IMG/VR virus record: IMGVR_UViG_3300050821_003315
Length of the DNA stretch: 64,000 nucleotides
From: a virus
Strand: one strand, 5' to 3'
Made by a program: the position numbers and the translations under genes. Below are positions 1-11,200 of the stretch, in pieces. The first letter of the stretch is position 1. Each line of letters opens with the position of its first letter. The notes under the pieces were generated by a model. The model was not told the origin of the DNA, made no database searches, and saw nothing but the letters and a program-made list of their open reading frames with translations.

Positions 1-1704
1 AGCGCTCTGTGCTGCAACGAGCGTCATTGTCTTCAACGTAGGCAGCGGGCTGAAGTTGCCAGCTCCTCCTCCACCGCCTCCATATGAATTAGACGCAGGA
101 TTTACACCGTTGCCTGTAGCTACGCCTCCGGTTGTGCCTGTGTATCCTACGGTGAGATTAGATGTGGCAGGAACCGCGGGTACGTTGCCGCCTGCGCCAC
201 CTGCTCCTCCTACACTGCCGGGACTTCCTGTACCACCTACGCCACCGCCACCGCCTGACGCCCCGCCGCCGGCTCCTGTAGTGGGAGGTGTAGGTGTGGG
301 GTTATACACACTGTTAGGCCAGGTTGTGGAGGTAATAGCGCTCGTTGACATCCACAGGTTAGACATTAGTCCGCTGAAGCCATTACTAGGCCCGTTAATG
401 GACGGATTAATGCCGAAGTATGTACTGTTACTATTAACCTGGACAATACTGCCGGTACCCGGAAGTGACGTAGAAGTTGTAGTTGATATTCCTGACGTAT
501 GACTACCGTTATATACGTATATACGCAAAGATGTTGCATCATAACTACAAACAATATAATTCCAGGCATTAGTGTCTAGAGCTGTAGTAAGAGTCAGAAG
601 TTGAGTGCTGTAGGTACCGCCATTAGGCCGTGAAACTTTCAAGTTAACTTGGTTGCTAGTGTTAATCCATACAGAGTAGCCAGGAGATTTCGTAGTTATA
701 GAGTAGTCAAAGGTGGACACGATAGTTCCAGCAGAGACGTTAGTGCCACTGAAGTTACCGCCAGCATCAGCATAAACCCAGCACGAGAATGTCATGCCAG
801 CCACAGATAGACTAGAGTTATTTACTCGGTAGTATGGCATTTCAGTACTACTGGGAGACAGCCAGTTCCAGGCTACGTTAGCTTGGTATAGCTGACCGAT
901 GACAGAACTGGTAGGGACTTGTGCAGGAGTAACAGGACTACTGATATTTCCTAGAGTAGTAGAGTTACTTGTACCTATCGTATTAACTTGCTGGGCGGCG
1001 GTGATACCCGTGTTATCTTGAATAGTGGTGTAGTAAGCAGGGTCGTCATCCATTATGTACCAGTATTTAGTACCCGCAGCCACAGGTGAGAAGTACGGAT
1101 TATCGTCACCTACACCATTAGTGTTGGTACCTCCAGCACCGCCTGCGTATACGGTGGTATTGGTGCTGCCAGTACCGCCAGCACCGCCCTTGCCTACGCT
1201 AGTAATGTCACCGCCTTGACCACCGTGAGCGGTTATACCACCCGACTTCCCTACACCTTGCAGGTCAAATACTGTGTTCTGACCAGTAGTTCCGGGGACG
1301 CCTGAAATGCCATTAGTACCACCATCGCCACACGTGTATGAATATTGCTGGCCGGGTACAACGGGGTAATTCTGCTCCGCAGCATATTCGCCACCGCCGC
1401 CGCCACCGCCGCCGCTAGTAGCGTTACCGCCACCGCCGCCGCCGCCGCCTCCCCAGCATTCAACTTGCACGCTAGAAAGCCCAGTAGGGCATGTCCACGT
1501 TCCGCTAGAAGGGTAGTACGCAGGACTGTAAATGTTAGTAGGAGGCGCAGCCAGGGCTATCATCTCGTAAATAACATTCGTAGTCCATACGGTAATAGGA
1601 CTCGAAGTAGACGCTATATCCGGGAGCAACGCGCTAATGCGATTATTCGCGGATTGCGCTACTGACGCGATATTAGTGGGAGTTATCTTTGGTGTGGGGG
1701 GCAT
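1..1704 (-). CDS. Glycine-rich minor tail / tail fibre protein, 3'-truncated by the window edge (not in ORF track)
   Basis: Manual translation from ATG at 1704 gives MPPTPKITPTNIASVAQSANNR...SGTWTCPTGLSSVQVECWGGGGG, the same glycine-rich module as in the 2300..8173 protein. I translated the first ~90 codons and assume the frame stays open to base 1. Confidence 0.85.
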   Translation of the reverse strand, partial: MPPTPKITPTNIASVAQSANNRISALLPDIASTSSPITVWTTNVIYEMIALAAPPTNIYSPAYYPSSGTWTCPTGLSSVQVECWGGGGGGGGGNATSGGGGGGGGEYAAEQNYPVVPGQQYSYTCGDGGTNGISGVPGTTGQNTVFDLQGVGKSGGITAHGGQGGDITSVGKGGAGGTGSTNTTVYAGGAGGTNTNGVGDDNPYFSPVAAGTKYWYIMDDDPAYYTTIQDNTGITAAQQVNTIGTSNSTTLGNISSPVTPAQVPTSSVIGQLYQANVAWNWLSPSSTEMPYYRVNNSSLSVAGMTFSCWVYADAGGNFSGTNVSAGTIVSTFDYSITTKSPGYSVWINTSNQVNLKVSRPNGGTYSTQLLTLTTALDTNAWNYIVCSYDATSLRIYVYNGSHTSGISTTTSTSLPGTGSIVQVNSNSTYFGINPSINGPSNGFSGLMSNLWMSTSAITSTTWPNSVYNPTPTPPTTGAGGGASGGGGGVGGTGSPGSVGGAGGAGGNVPAVPATSNLTVGYTGTTGGVATGNGVNPASNSYGGGGGGAGNFSPLPTLKTMTLVAAQSA

Positions 1705-1757
1705 TAGAACTTCACCCTATCCGGAATAACTACAGCCCGAGATACGTTTTCAAGAGT

Positions 1758-2303
1758 GTGAGCGAAAATTGGCAGCCTGTGCCAGGCTATGAGGGACTGT
1801 ACGAGGTCAGTGACCTGGGGCATGTCCGTTCCTTTCCGCGAGTCACGCGAAGCGGTGTAAGGGGCGGTAAAATACTAAAGCCTTACCCACGTCGCGACGG
1901 CTATCTAGAAGTCTACCTGTATAAAGAGCCTAGGCGTAAAGTTTCAAAAATTGTGCACCGCCTAGTTCTAGAAGCTTTTATAGGTCCGTGCCCTGAAGGA
2001 CACGAAGCACTTCATGGAGGTAATAGCAAGACCGATAATCGCCTCGAAAATCTGAAATGGGGAACGAGGTCCCAGAACATGGGAGAAGACCGTGTGAGAG
2101 ACAAGCAATCAAATAGAGGCGAGAGAAGTGGCCACGCGAAACTAACGTGGTCAGACGTTTGCGAGATTCGTAAACTAGTTTCCGAAGGGGAATCTCAGCA
2201 TACGCTAGCTAAGCGTTACGGTATAGCCGTACAAACCTTGAACGCTGCCGTCCTCTATAAGACCTGGAGGTATCCTCCAGCACAGTGGCGATGCCCGTGC
2301 TAA
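1758..2303 (+). CDS. NUMOD4 + HNH homing endonuclease with C-terminal HTH
   Basis: ENWQPVPGYEGLYEVSDLGHVRS (NUMOD4); VHRLVLEAF...H..NSKTDNRLENLKW (HNH). Start moved to GTG at 1758. Confidence 0.92.
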   Translation: MSENWQPVPGYEGLYEVSDLGHVRSFPRVTRSGVRGGKILKPYPRRDGYLEVYLYKEPRRKVSKIVHRLVLEAFIGPCPEGHEALHGGNSKTDNRLENLKWGTRSQNMGEDRVRDKQSNRGERSGHAKLTWSDVCEIRKLVSEGESQHTLAKRYGIAVQTLNAAVLYKTWRYPPAQWRCPC

Positions 2304-5300
2304 TACTTAACACGGTCGGTATACCATCTTGGATTATAGCGTACGCCGATATTAGGTGCGCCATAAGTGGAGTAGGCAAGGATGAAATTGTCTCCCGGTG
2401 TAAGGAAGAACGGTCCTCCTGAAAGCACAGCTGAATCCAAGACACTGACGGAACGCTCCGGACCTTGCGGGGAACCAAGCACCGGGCTGATGTCCGTATC
2501 AAAGTCAGGCTCGTCAATGTAGTAGTTTGCGTACTTACCATAGCCGGGGTTAGCGTTGTTAACATTGACTAGAACGGTCTGGCCGGTAGTATCAAGGAAA
2601 AGTATATCCATGAATCGGTCGCCGCTTTCGCTGCTAATTACGCCGTAGGTGTAGAACGGCTCCTGGTTACTGGGGTCGTACTGCTTGATAGGCAGCGGAA
2701 GGTTACCCAGTGAGATTATGCCGTTCACAATATCAGTTGCAGGTGTCACTAGCCGAGTAACTTGCATACTGTAGCCAGGGCCGCCAGCGAATTCATACTG
2801 GGTAACTGTTACAGTAATTCGCCGCGTGATATTAGTTCCGACCGAAGTCGACCAGTTGTAATTAGCCAGGAATACTGCGTAAGTACCGTTGAATTCAGCA
2901 CTGCGCCACGGTATCACAGAGGACATCGTGTATTCCCGGCCGTCTGGTGGGTCTGTGACAGGAATTGGGCTAACAGGATTGAAGGTGTCCGGCGATTCGT
3001 AACCAGGCATGTGTAGAATTAGGTTATCAAATGCTTGCAGCGGCGGCGCGTAAGTTAGCCTTACGCGGCCATTGCCTCCGGAACCACCTAGGTTGATACC
3101 ACCCACACTACTCATTGCACCAGAGCCGCCACCACCAGGGGCACCACCTTGGACGCCCGCAGACGTTGCCTGAGGACCTGTAGCGCCCTGGCCACCGCCG
3201 CCATAGCCTGCGCCTCCGGTGTCAAAACCGGGGAAGCCGTGACCCGATGAGTTCGCTGAAGCGCCACCGCCACCGCCCCACCAAGGCATTGACAAAGATA
3301 CTGCTACTGCACCGATTGCAGCGCTAGCCGTAGTGCTTGCTGTTAGCGTAGAAGCGGCTGCTGTGCCAATATTGTACTGAGCGTTAATCTGCATGTTCAT
3401 TGTGCCTGCGCCACCAGAGTTGTTGATGGCTACGTTAAGGGCACCGGTAGCAGACAGCGTAACAGCGTTACTGCCTGTGGTAAAGCCCGCGTACATGGTG
3501 AAGTCTCCGGCCTTAGTAGGCGCACCGGACGTTAGTGTCACACTAGTAGTGCCGTTAGTGGAGGCCGTACCTCCAGTATCGCAGGCTGTACAGTTAGGAA
3601 TATAGAAAGACCTTACAACATGTGCCTGGTTAACTGTATCAGAGATAGTTATAGTGCCGGGGTTGTGTGTTACAGGGGCTGTAAGTACGGTCAGGAATGC
3701 AGTTGTAGCACCGTTGCTGCCAGTTACCTGCGCAGTGTAGGTGTTACCTCCTACATCCGCAGCGGTTACAGTGCTAGTTCCGGGGCGCTCTACGAATAGA
3801 ACTATTACACCCGTATTCAGCGTCGTAAAGGTAAACCGAGGCGTTATAGTTCCTGAAGTTCCAGTAAACGTGTCGCCCGCTGTAGTAGTAGGCAGGGATA
3901 CCGTAGCTGCACCTTGATTGGCAAGCACGAACGGCAGGGAAATACCGCCCCAAGTAGTGCTGGAGGCCCACGTCATACCGTGACTTCCACGACCACTGGT
4001 GTTCGGAGGAGTAATAGTGGATGTTACTGCGCCGAATAGCGCGCCACCAGAAATAGACCAGCCTAGGTTAGTGTAAAGCTCAGCGTCGTCAGAGCCTGTG
4101 CCTGCGTTACCTGTACTGGAGACGGTCGAACTGTTGCCCCAGAAGCCCCAGTTAAATTCAGTAGTAGTAGCATCAGTATTACCGAGTGTCAAGCTAGCGG
4201 CTGTTCCAGTTCCGGTATTAGTGACGATATTTGCCGTGTTAAGTTCAATAGCGTTATTCATATACCACCAGCTAGCCGCATACTGCTGAGCTGTAGCTGA
4301 CGATATTGTCAGAACTGTCGTACCGTTTGTCACCAAGGCAGCCAGGGGCGTCGTAAAGGCGTACATGTGTCCCGTGCCTATTGCTACGTCAGCCGCTGGC
4401 TGATAGACGTTGCCCGCACTATCCGATACTGTAAGGTCGCTTACAGCAGCCGCTGCGAGGACAACTACCGCACCAATACCGTTAACCGAAGTACCCGTGG
4501 CTGTTACTGTTCCGGTACCAGTACTGTAGCTAAAGGTCGCAGCGAGCTGTCCTGAACTGGAGCTGCCCTGAGTGGCTAGACCATTATTGCCTGTAGCGTT
4601 GGAGTACGGATAACCCTGACCACCGTTGAAGTGTGTGGAGTTAGAAGAACCGGTGCCTCCTGCCGCTCCCGCTGCTGTATTGTTAGCTACGGTACTACCG
4701 CCGTGGGCGGTTACTATAGTGCTCGTTAGGCCAGATGCCCCAAAAGTGGTGTTGCTGCCGTTAACAGGAGAGCCTAGGTTCACCTGGTAAGTAAGCTTTA
4801 CTTCCCCGGTACTTCCGATGCCACCCTTGTAGTTCTTGCCGTTTGAGCTGTAGCCACCGCCACCGCCACCGCCAGGTGTAACACCAGTTCCGGGGAAGCC
4901 GGGAACACTAGCGCCTACGCCGCCATTACCACCACCATTGGTGCCTGTAGCACCAGCGCCACCCGTAAGGTGAGCACCTTGTCCTGTGTTAGTTCCTCTA
5001 ACGCCCGCAGCGCCGTTAACGCCGACACTAGTAGTCCCTGCACCAGCGGCACCACCACCGCCCGCAGACCCCGGAGAAGCGCCTCCTACGCCGCCGTTGT
5101 GGTGCGTAGTGTTAGTCGAACCGTGACCGCCCTTACCGCCACTTGCGCCACCTGTAGCCGGGGATGCGCCTCCGCTAGCACGCACGGTAACAGCATCACC
5201 TATGAACCAGGAGGCAATACCGTCTCGCGCTACTGTAGCCGCCGTGTTTGTGCCTGTGTTAGGTACGCCCGCACGTCCTACCTGAAACTGGTAGGTGTTT

Positions 5301-8173
5301 CCGGGAGTTACTGCTAGTGTTGCTTCTTTAGCGTATTCACCACCGCCGCCTCCACCGCCGCCTGCTGCTCCAGCAGCGCCGCCGCCCCAGCATTCAACCT
5401 GAATAGAGCTAACGTTTGGCGGGCACAGCCAGTGTCCAATTCCTGAAGCAGTCCACGTTTGAACGGTATTGCTTAGCTGACCACCTGAACCGCCCGCTCC
5501 GATGGAGTACGGAATCTTTGTCCCAGGTGTTACGGTAAGAGCAGGTTCCATGGCGTACTCGCCACCGCCACCGCCACCGCCAGCGTAATTAGTACCTGTA
5601 TTGTACGACGAGCCGCCGCCGCCGCCACCCCAGGCTTCAGCTTGAATACTGTAAACGCCCTGCGGTACAGTCCAGGAACCAGATTGCGTGAATTCCTGTA
5701 CTACGTTACCTGGCTGGGACGGTAGCTGAGCTTGTACGGAAATAGGTGAACGCGCCGAACCAGGAGCGCCAAATACATTGAACAGATTAGCGCGAGGTGT
5801 TCCGGGATTATTGTTGATGGTAGTGGGCAGGCCCTGCAACATGCTTAGCCACGCGTGCATCTTAATATAACCGGACGTGCCGCCACTACTGTGGTTAGTG
5901 AAGGTTACGGAGTAGCTGGATACGTTAGCATAATTGAATACATTATTACCCTGCGGAATAGGTACAGTAAGCCTGCTCCAGGTAGGAGCAGATGCGTTCT
6001 TACTCCACTTAACTCCATTAAAGGTCTTACTGAATTTAAGCTTGTTATTAGCGTTGTCTGTCAGAGTCCAGCGGAATACGATAGTGGACTTGAATGTGGG
6101 GTCATAAGCGTAGTCGTAATCATAAGCCTGACCGAACCACCACTGCAAAGAAGTAAGTCCTACAAGATTGAAACCAAGGCTAGACCGGGTGAAGGTAGCA
6201 GCAGGGTAAGGTTGTGTGACAGGACGCGGAGGCATGTAGTGAACAGCGTTACCTACGCCGCCAGGCAAGCTCACATTAGTAGCTGAAGGTGTACGGTAAG
6301 GACCAATGGGAGTAGGTCCAGCGGCTATATCATCAACGTAAACCTGGTAGTTATTGTTACCGGTTGCCGCTATTGCACCAAAATAGAAGTTTGCAGGTGC
6401 TGAACCAGGGCCATTGCCCATTAGCACATTGTTGAAAGTCTTTGATTCTTGCGGTGTGGTACTGTCACCTATATACCATGAAACTGTAGCGCTGCCACTT
6501 ACCGCCGCGTTAACTATATTGGGGCTAAGGCTCATTTCAACGCGTATCCACGTTGCCGTAGAAAGCGCTACACTCATTGCGTATTGAGCACCTGTACCTG
6601 TTACGAAGTTAAGCGTACCGCTAGGGTTAAGGAATACTCTTCCGTCGTCCTGAGTATTGGCGGCGTTATTACACTGCATCAGGCAGACCTGCGTTGCGGC
6701 TGCTGGGAGCGCCGGAAGGTAGTAGTAAGCTCGCATATATGCTGTTTGCGCTGAAAGCGTTGTTGCAATTTCCAGGTAAGCAGCGCCCGCAGATGCGCCT
6801 GAATTGCAAAGAGCAGACAGTGAACCGTGCGCAGCGTGCGCATTTGAGTAGACTGCCGTTCCGGTGCCTGAAGTGTGAGGGCTTGCGTTTGCGGTAACGT
6901 ACGGGTCCGCAGTTGTAGGTGCCAGGTTACCCGTAGAAATCGTAGTGCCACTTGTACTGGTCTCAAAGTCGTGGAACTGATAGTTAAGAGTGGACCAACG
7001 CGTGTCCCATTGCCAGTTAGTGTTTGTTCCAGCTCCGACAAAACCGTCCATAGTAACGGCTCCGGCTGATGCCTGACCATTAATGATATTGCTAGAGAAT
7101 GCTAGGTCTTTAGTGCCATCAATTCCGCTATGCCCGTAAGGCATTGCCTGGAAAGTTAGCGTCATTGTGGTGTAAGCGGTGCCTCCGCTGCCAGCCGTAG
7201 GGTCACGGTTGTAATCGAAGCCGTAAGACACGACTGTAGGCTGCGCCCTGAAGCAGTCAAATACAAGAGGCAAACCATTACTTGCGGGAGTCCATGTTAG
7301 CTTCCAAAGCTGCTGGTCGATGAGGTACATTATGTACTCTCGGGCGGCCTGCACGATTGCTTGGGAAGTTCCTTCAATAAGGATAGGTAGCGTGATAGTC
7401 CTGTTAGAGGCCCTGTAGCCAAAGGGACGTTCACCGTCTAGCAACAGTGACTCAACTACGTCAGACGTAGGCTGCGGTGCCCCTAGGTCATAGGAATTCT
7501 GGAATCCAAAGGCGACGGAGTTAGTAGAAGGAGGAGCAAGAAGTCGGAAGGTAGCGCCTACACCATTACCGTCTATTAGTTCGGGGATATCCGAAGGGAC
7601 ACCTGCGGGTCCTCCGATAAGCTCAACAATGCCACTGATAAGCAGACTGTCGTAGTTACCATCACCAACAGCTAGCGGGGTCCAGTCCCAGCCTAGAATC
7701 GCATTAGCGTTAGACTGGCTCCAAGGCTGGTAACCGTTCGCAAACGCGGCATTCTGATTAATCTCGTAATCGAGGTTGGTGTTATTAGTGTTGTAAAGTC
7801 CTGCCTGGACGACAGACAGTGTGTTAGTGGACGCAGGAGAGCCATTGAATTGGATAGTGAGTGTGGCGTAAGAAGTAGCAGCCGGTGCAGTTCCCGCTGT
7901 TGTGCTAATGGTGTACAGCGTATTAGCTGTCATTGAAGTTTGCGTAGCAGTGACAGTTCCGACCGACACGTTGGAGGAGTTGAAGTAGTTGACTGTGATA
8001 GTAACGCCGGACGCCCAGGTAGCGCTAACGCGACAAATTACCGTGAACTGATAGGTCGTAAAGCTGTCAACATAGATGGGCTGGACGTTCTCAGATACGA
8101 CAGTAGCGTTGGACCCTGACGCGTTAACAGTCAACGCATAGGGGTACTTGGTGCTACCGGTGTATACAGGCAT
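2300..8173 (-). CDS. Giant distal-tail (Dit)-like / minor tail protein with inserted carbohydrate-binding-like and glycine-rich domains
   Basis: Directly downstream of the tape measure. Dit-like N-part (ESLLLDGERPFGYRASNRTITLPILI) and C-terminus (FFLTPGDN...VRYNPRWY). Two W-x-x-P-x-x-V-x-S-I-Q-x-E-x-W-GGGG repeats. Confidence 0.75.
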   Translation of the reverse strand: MPVYTGSTKYPYALTVNASGSNATVVSENVQPIYVDSFTTYQFTVICRVSATWASGVTITVNYFNSSNVSVGTVTATQTSMTANTLYTISTTAGTAPAATSYATLTIQFNGSPASTNTLSVVQAGLYNTNNTNLDYEINQNAAFANGYQPWSQSNANAILGWDWTPLAVGDGNYDSLLISGIVELIGGPAGVPSDIPELIDGNGVGATFRLLAPPSTNSVAFGFQNSYDLGAPQPTSDVVESLLLDGERPFGYRASNRTITLPILIEGTSQAIVQAAREYIMYLIDQQLWKLTWTPASNGLPLVFDCFRAQPTVVSYGFDYNRDPTAGSGGTAYTTMTLTFQAMPYGHSGIDGTKDLAFSSNIINGQASAGAVTMDGFVGAGTNTNWQWDTRWSTLNYQFHDFETSTSGTTISTGNLAPTTADPYVTANASPHTSGTGTAVYSNAHAAHGSLSALCNSGASAGAAYLEIATTLSAQTAYMRAYYYLPALPAAATQVCLMQCNNAANTQDDGRVFLNPSGTLNFVTGTGAQYAMSVALSTATWIRVEMSLSPNIVNAAVSGSATVSWYIGDSTTPQESKTFNNVLMGNGPGSAPANFYFGAIAATGNNNYQVYVDDIAAGPTPIGPYRTPSATNVSLPGGVGNAVHYMPPRPVTQPYPAATFTRSSLGFNLVGLTSLQWWFGQAYDYDYAYDPTFKSTIVFRWTLTDNANNKLKFSKTFNGVKWSKNASAPTWSRLTVPIPQGNNVFNYANVSSYSVTFTNHSSGGTSGYIKMHAWLSMLQGLPTTINNNPGTPRANLFNVFGAPGSARSPISVQAQLPSQPGNVVQEFTQSGSWTVPQGVYSIQAEAWGGGGGGSSYNTGTNYAGGGGGGGEYAMEPALTVTPGTKIPYSIGAGGSGGQLSNTVQTWTASGIGHWLCPPNVSSIQVECWGGGAAGAAGGGGGGGGEYAKEATLAVTPGNTYQFQVGRAGVPNTGTNTAATVARDGIASWFIGDAVTVRASGGASPATGGASGGKGGHGSTNTTHHNGGVGGASPGSAGGGGAAGAGTTSVGVNGAAGVRGTNTGQGAHLTGGAGATGTNGGGNGGVGASVPGFPGTGVTPGGGGGGGYSSNGKNYKGGIGSTGEVKLTYQVNLGSPVNGSNTTFGASGLTSTIVTAHGGSTVANNTAAGAAGGTGSSNSTHFNGGQGYPYSNATGNNGLATQGSSSSGQLAATFSYSTGTGTVTATGTSVNGIGAVVVLAAAAVSDLTVSDSAGNVYQPAADVAIGTGHMYAFTTPLAALVTNGTTVLTISSATAQQYAASWWYMNNAIELNTANIVTNTGTGTAASLTLGNTDATTTEFNWGFWGNSSTVSSTGNAGTGSDDAELYTNLGWSISGGALFGAVTSTITPPNTSGRGSHGMTWASSTTWGGISLPFVLANQGAATVSLPTTTAGDTFTGTSGTITPRFTFTTLNTGVIVLFVERPGTSTVTAADVGGNTYTAQVTGSNGATTAFLTVLTAPVTHNPGTITISDTVNQAHVVRSFYIPNCTACDTGGTASTNGTTSVTLTSGAPTKAGDFTMYAGFTTGSNAVTLSATGALNVAINNSGGAGTMNMQINAQYNIGTAAASTLTASTTASAAIGAVAVSLSMPWWGGGGGASANSSGHGFPGFDTGGAGYGGGGQGATGPQATSAGVQGGAPGGGGSGAMSSVGGINLGGSGGNGRVRLTYAPPLQAFDNLILHMPGYESPDTFNPVSPIPVTDPPDGREYTMSSVIPWRSAEFNGTYAVFLANYNWSTSVGTNITRRITVTVTQYEFAGGPGYSMQVTRLVTPATDIVNGIISLGNLPLPIKQYDPSNQEPFYTYGVISSESGDRFMDILFLDTTGQTVLVNVNNANPGYGKYANYYIDEPDFDTDISPVLGSPQGPERSVSVLDSAVLSGGPFFLTPGDNFILAYSTYGAPNIGVRYNPRWYTDRVKY

Positions 8174-8209
8174 GAAAGTCCCTTCTCAATTCCTATGGCA
8201 CAGTCTAGT

Positions 8210-11200
8210 CTAACGACCGAGCTGCGTAAACCCTGACATCGCAGAATGTCCGGCACCACGTGATTGTGCTTGCGCCATTTGCTGCGGCTGCTGCCGATTA
8301 ATGGTAACTAGCTGCCCTAGCAGTTGAAGCATTGTGTTCGCCTGATACGTTGTCATACCAGGACCGCCTGCTCCTCCACCGTTAGGTGTAGTACCCGGTA
8401 GGATACGCTCAGGCCCACGCTCTCCGAAGGAATAGCGCTTACCCGAAGCACCAATACCAAACACAGGCTCAGGAATAATACCGCCCAGCGCATAACCACG
8501 ACCAGAGCCAAGGCCCATGCCGTTAGTCATCAGACGGTCACCGTACTTGTGCTTGGCGTAATTAATCGCCGCCGCGATATTAGCCATCGGGTCGTCAATA
8601 TTGCTGCTGGTCCCTGGCCAGTGGAAGGACTTGAATGTGGAAGGAATTACCTGAAGTAGTCCCTGAGAAGGGTGTCCTGCCTTGGCGTTGCTGTCCCATA
8701 GGTTTATAGCACTGGGGTTACCGGAACTTTCTGTGCTTATCTGGAATAGAACTTGGTTAAGCAGGCTCTGCGGCTCACCTTCCATAGCCAGGACCTTACT
8801 TACGTCAGGTGCCCAGCGAGTAACATTCTTGCCAAGCGCTGTGTTAACGCCCTTAATAGGCCCTGCCGCTGCGTTAGCGGCTGCTACTTGGGCCAGGATG
8901 TCAGAGTGCGTAGAACCACTTGCAGTCTTCAAAGCAGTCTTGAGCTTAGGGTTGCTAACCACGCCGGTGTAAGCGCGCATGGTCTTCAGCAGCGGGTCGT
9001 CGCCTAGAATGCCAAGGTCTGAAAGTTCCTGTGCGTCTGCCATAAGCGTCTTCAGCTTAGACGGAGCAATTAGCTTGCTCAGTCGACCGTTATCCTTGTG
9101 GTCAAGAATAGCCATCTTCTTGTCGGCAGCTTCAGCCAAGGCAAGGTAATGCTGCGCCTTAGCGATACTTCCAGTCTTAGTGTGAGTAGCGGCACGCTCA
9201 TGTGCAGCTTCTGCTAGCAGGTGCTTCCTTTGTGCCCCTGTGTGTGAGTAAGATACTTGGCTGCGGTCAACGGCAGCCTGGTGTAGCAACTTTTCCTGCT
9301 GATTCTTGCTGTACTTAGGCCGATTAGCCTCAGCCGTGAGCAAGGCCGCCTCGTGCATGAGAGCCTTCTTAGCCGCAGGCTTAATATTTGCGTGAGTAGA
9401 AGCAAACGCATCGTTATTAGCGACAGCAAGTAGCTTCTTACGCTCTGCTGCGGTGTGAGAGAATGCGTGAGCTTGTGCTGTCAGCTTATTAGCCTTATTA
9501 AGGATGCTACGGTCCTTTGCTGTTTTTGTACTGCGAGCATCAGCTTCAGACGTGAACTTATTAGCAGCCGCAATATCAGCAGCTTTCTGCGCGGCTGTGG
9601 GAGCCTTAGTAGTGGCTTGCTTCGTAGAAGCGTCTGCCAACACTAGAGCTTCGTCGTAGTAGTGCACTACCTGCTTTAGCAGATTGTTGTAGGCATTAAT
9701 ATCCTGCGCTTCAGTAGGCTTCTTCTTGAAATGAGGTGCAGGCTTATGAGCAGGTGCGTGCTTAGCCTTTGCTGCTGCCGCTGCCGCAGTCTTGCTGCCA
9801 CCAGCTCCGGCGTCGCCAACAAGGCCACCCTCTCCGAACTTGAAGGTGAAAGCTCCTACGTTGGACTGAGGTCCAGGCATTACAGCGCCGCCACCGAACT
9901 GAGCACCTGCGCCGTAACGCATAATGGTCAGGTTACCGGCCGCCTGTGCGTTGGAGAAGATAGTGCCAGAGTTAGTGCCGTAAGCGGAGAACATCTTGTT
10001 CGGGCCAACACCGAAGCCAACGTGTCCAGGCCACACTAGAACGTCGCCGGGCATAATCTGACTTGGGTTGCTTCCGACAGGGTGAGCACCGGGCAGGCTT
10101 GTGAAGGAGGATGCTGTAGGTCCGTGAGACTTACCACCACCAGTTACAGAAGACCAGGAACCGCCAGGCAATGCCAGACCCAGGTCGTGGCCCAGGACCC
10201 AGGAAGCGAACGAGGAACAGTCCCAACCCGTGGTCGGGTTGGATGCGCCACCCCAGCGGTAAGGGTGGCCTACGTAGCGCTCTGCGTCCGATAGGATGCG
10301 TGAGGAACCGGCCGCTGGGGCGCTACTTACTCCCGCAGCTCCGGGCGCAATCGGACCCATTCCCTTGAAGCCCCGCAGAGAAGCGTAAAGCTGGGTGGCC
10401 AAACCAGGGCGCGTGTCAGAAAGGTGAACGGCGGGACGCTCGAATGCACTGGACCACAAGTCACCAGCGGCAACCGGGTCGGTCATCTTCATCAACTGAC
10501 CCCACGGGCCATTTGCCTTACCGTAACCGACGATTCCGGCCATCTGCACTGCAAGGTCTCGTGAAGCATTACCAGTCGGGCCGTGGTAGCCAGCGGGCAA
10601 GCCAATGTTGTTGCCAGTCCATCCAATAAGGCCGTAACCACCAGAACCTACAGACTCCGGGTTACCCGCAGATTCACCGTAAACAACAGATGCGATACCC
10701 GCAGCCGCAGCAGCCGAAGCTCCTTGAGACATCAAGTACCGACCGATTTGGTTCAGGTTAGCCATGGCATTACCCGAAACTACTCCTCCAGGAATAGCTC
10801 CGCTGCTGCCTGCCATCATGATGGCCGACTGCACAGCCTGAATACTGGAGACTAGTTCACTGGTGACCATCGGTCCTAGCTTTGCTAGCTCGCCGCTTAG
10901 CTTAGCCGGAATAGTTAGCAGCTGACTGCCTTCAACAGGCATTTCGGCTACGTTACCGCCAGTCTGCGTGGTCAGCAGACCACCGGAACCAGCGACAGGA
11001 CTGGTCGTGGCACCTACGATACCGCCGCTAGCGAATCCGGGGATACCCTTACGCTTAGCCTGTGTTGCAAACTCGGCTGCGTGATTCTTCGGGATAACCA
11101 GTTCACCAGGCATGAGCATTGCAGGCACGGAGTCGTGATTTCCCCAACCAGGGACGCTACCGCCGCCAGCAAAGTGTGAAGGTACTAGACCACCTTGTGC

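Noticed and set aside
56-1665. Pro-rich and Ala-rich ORFs (56..502, 1345..1665, 1251..1463)
   Set aside because: Shadows of the glycine-rich minus-strand tail gene starting at 1704.
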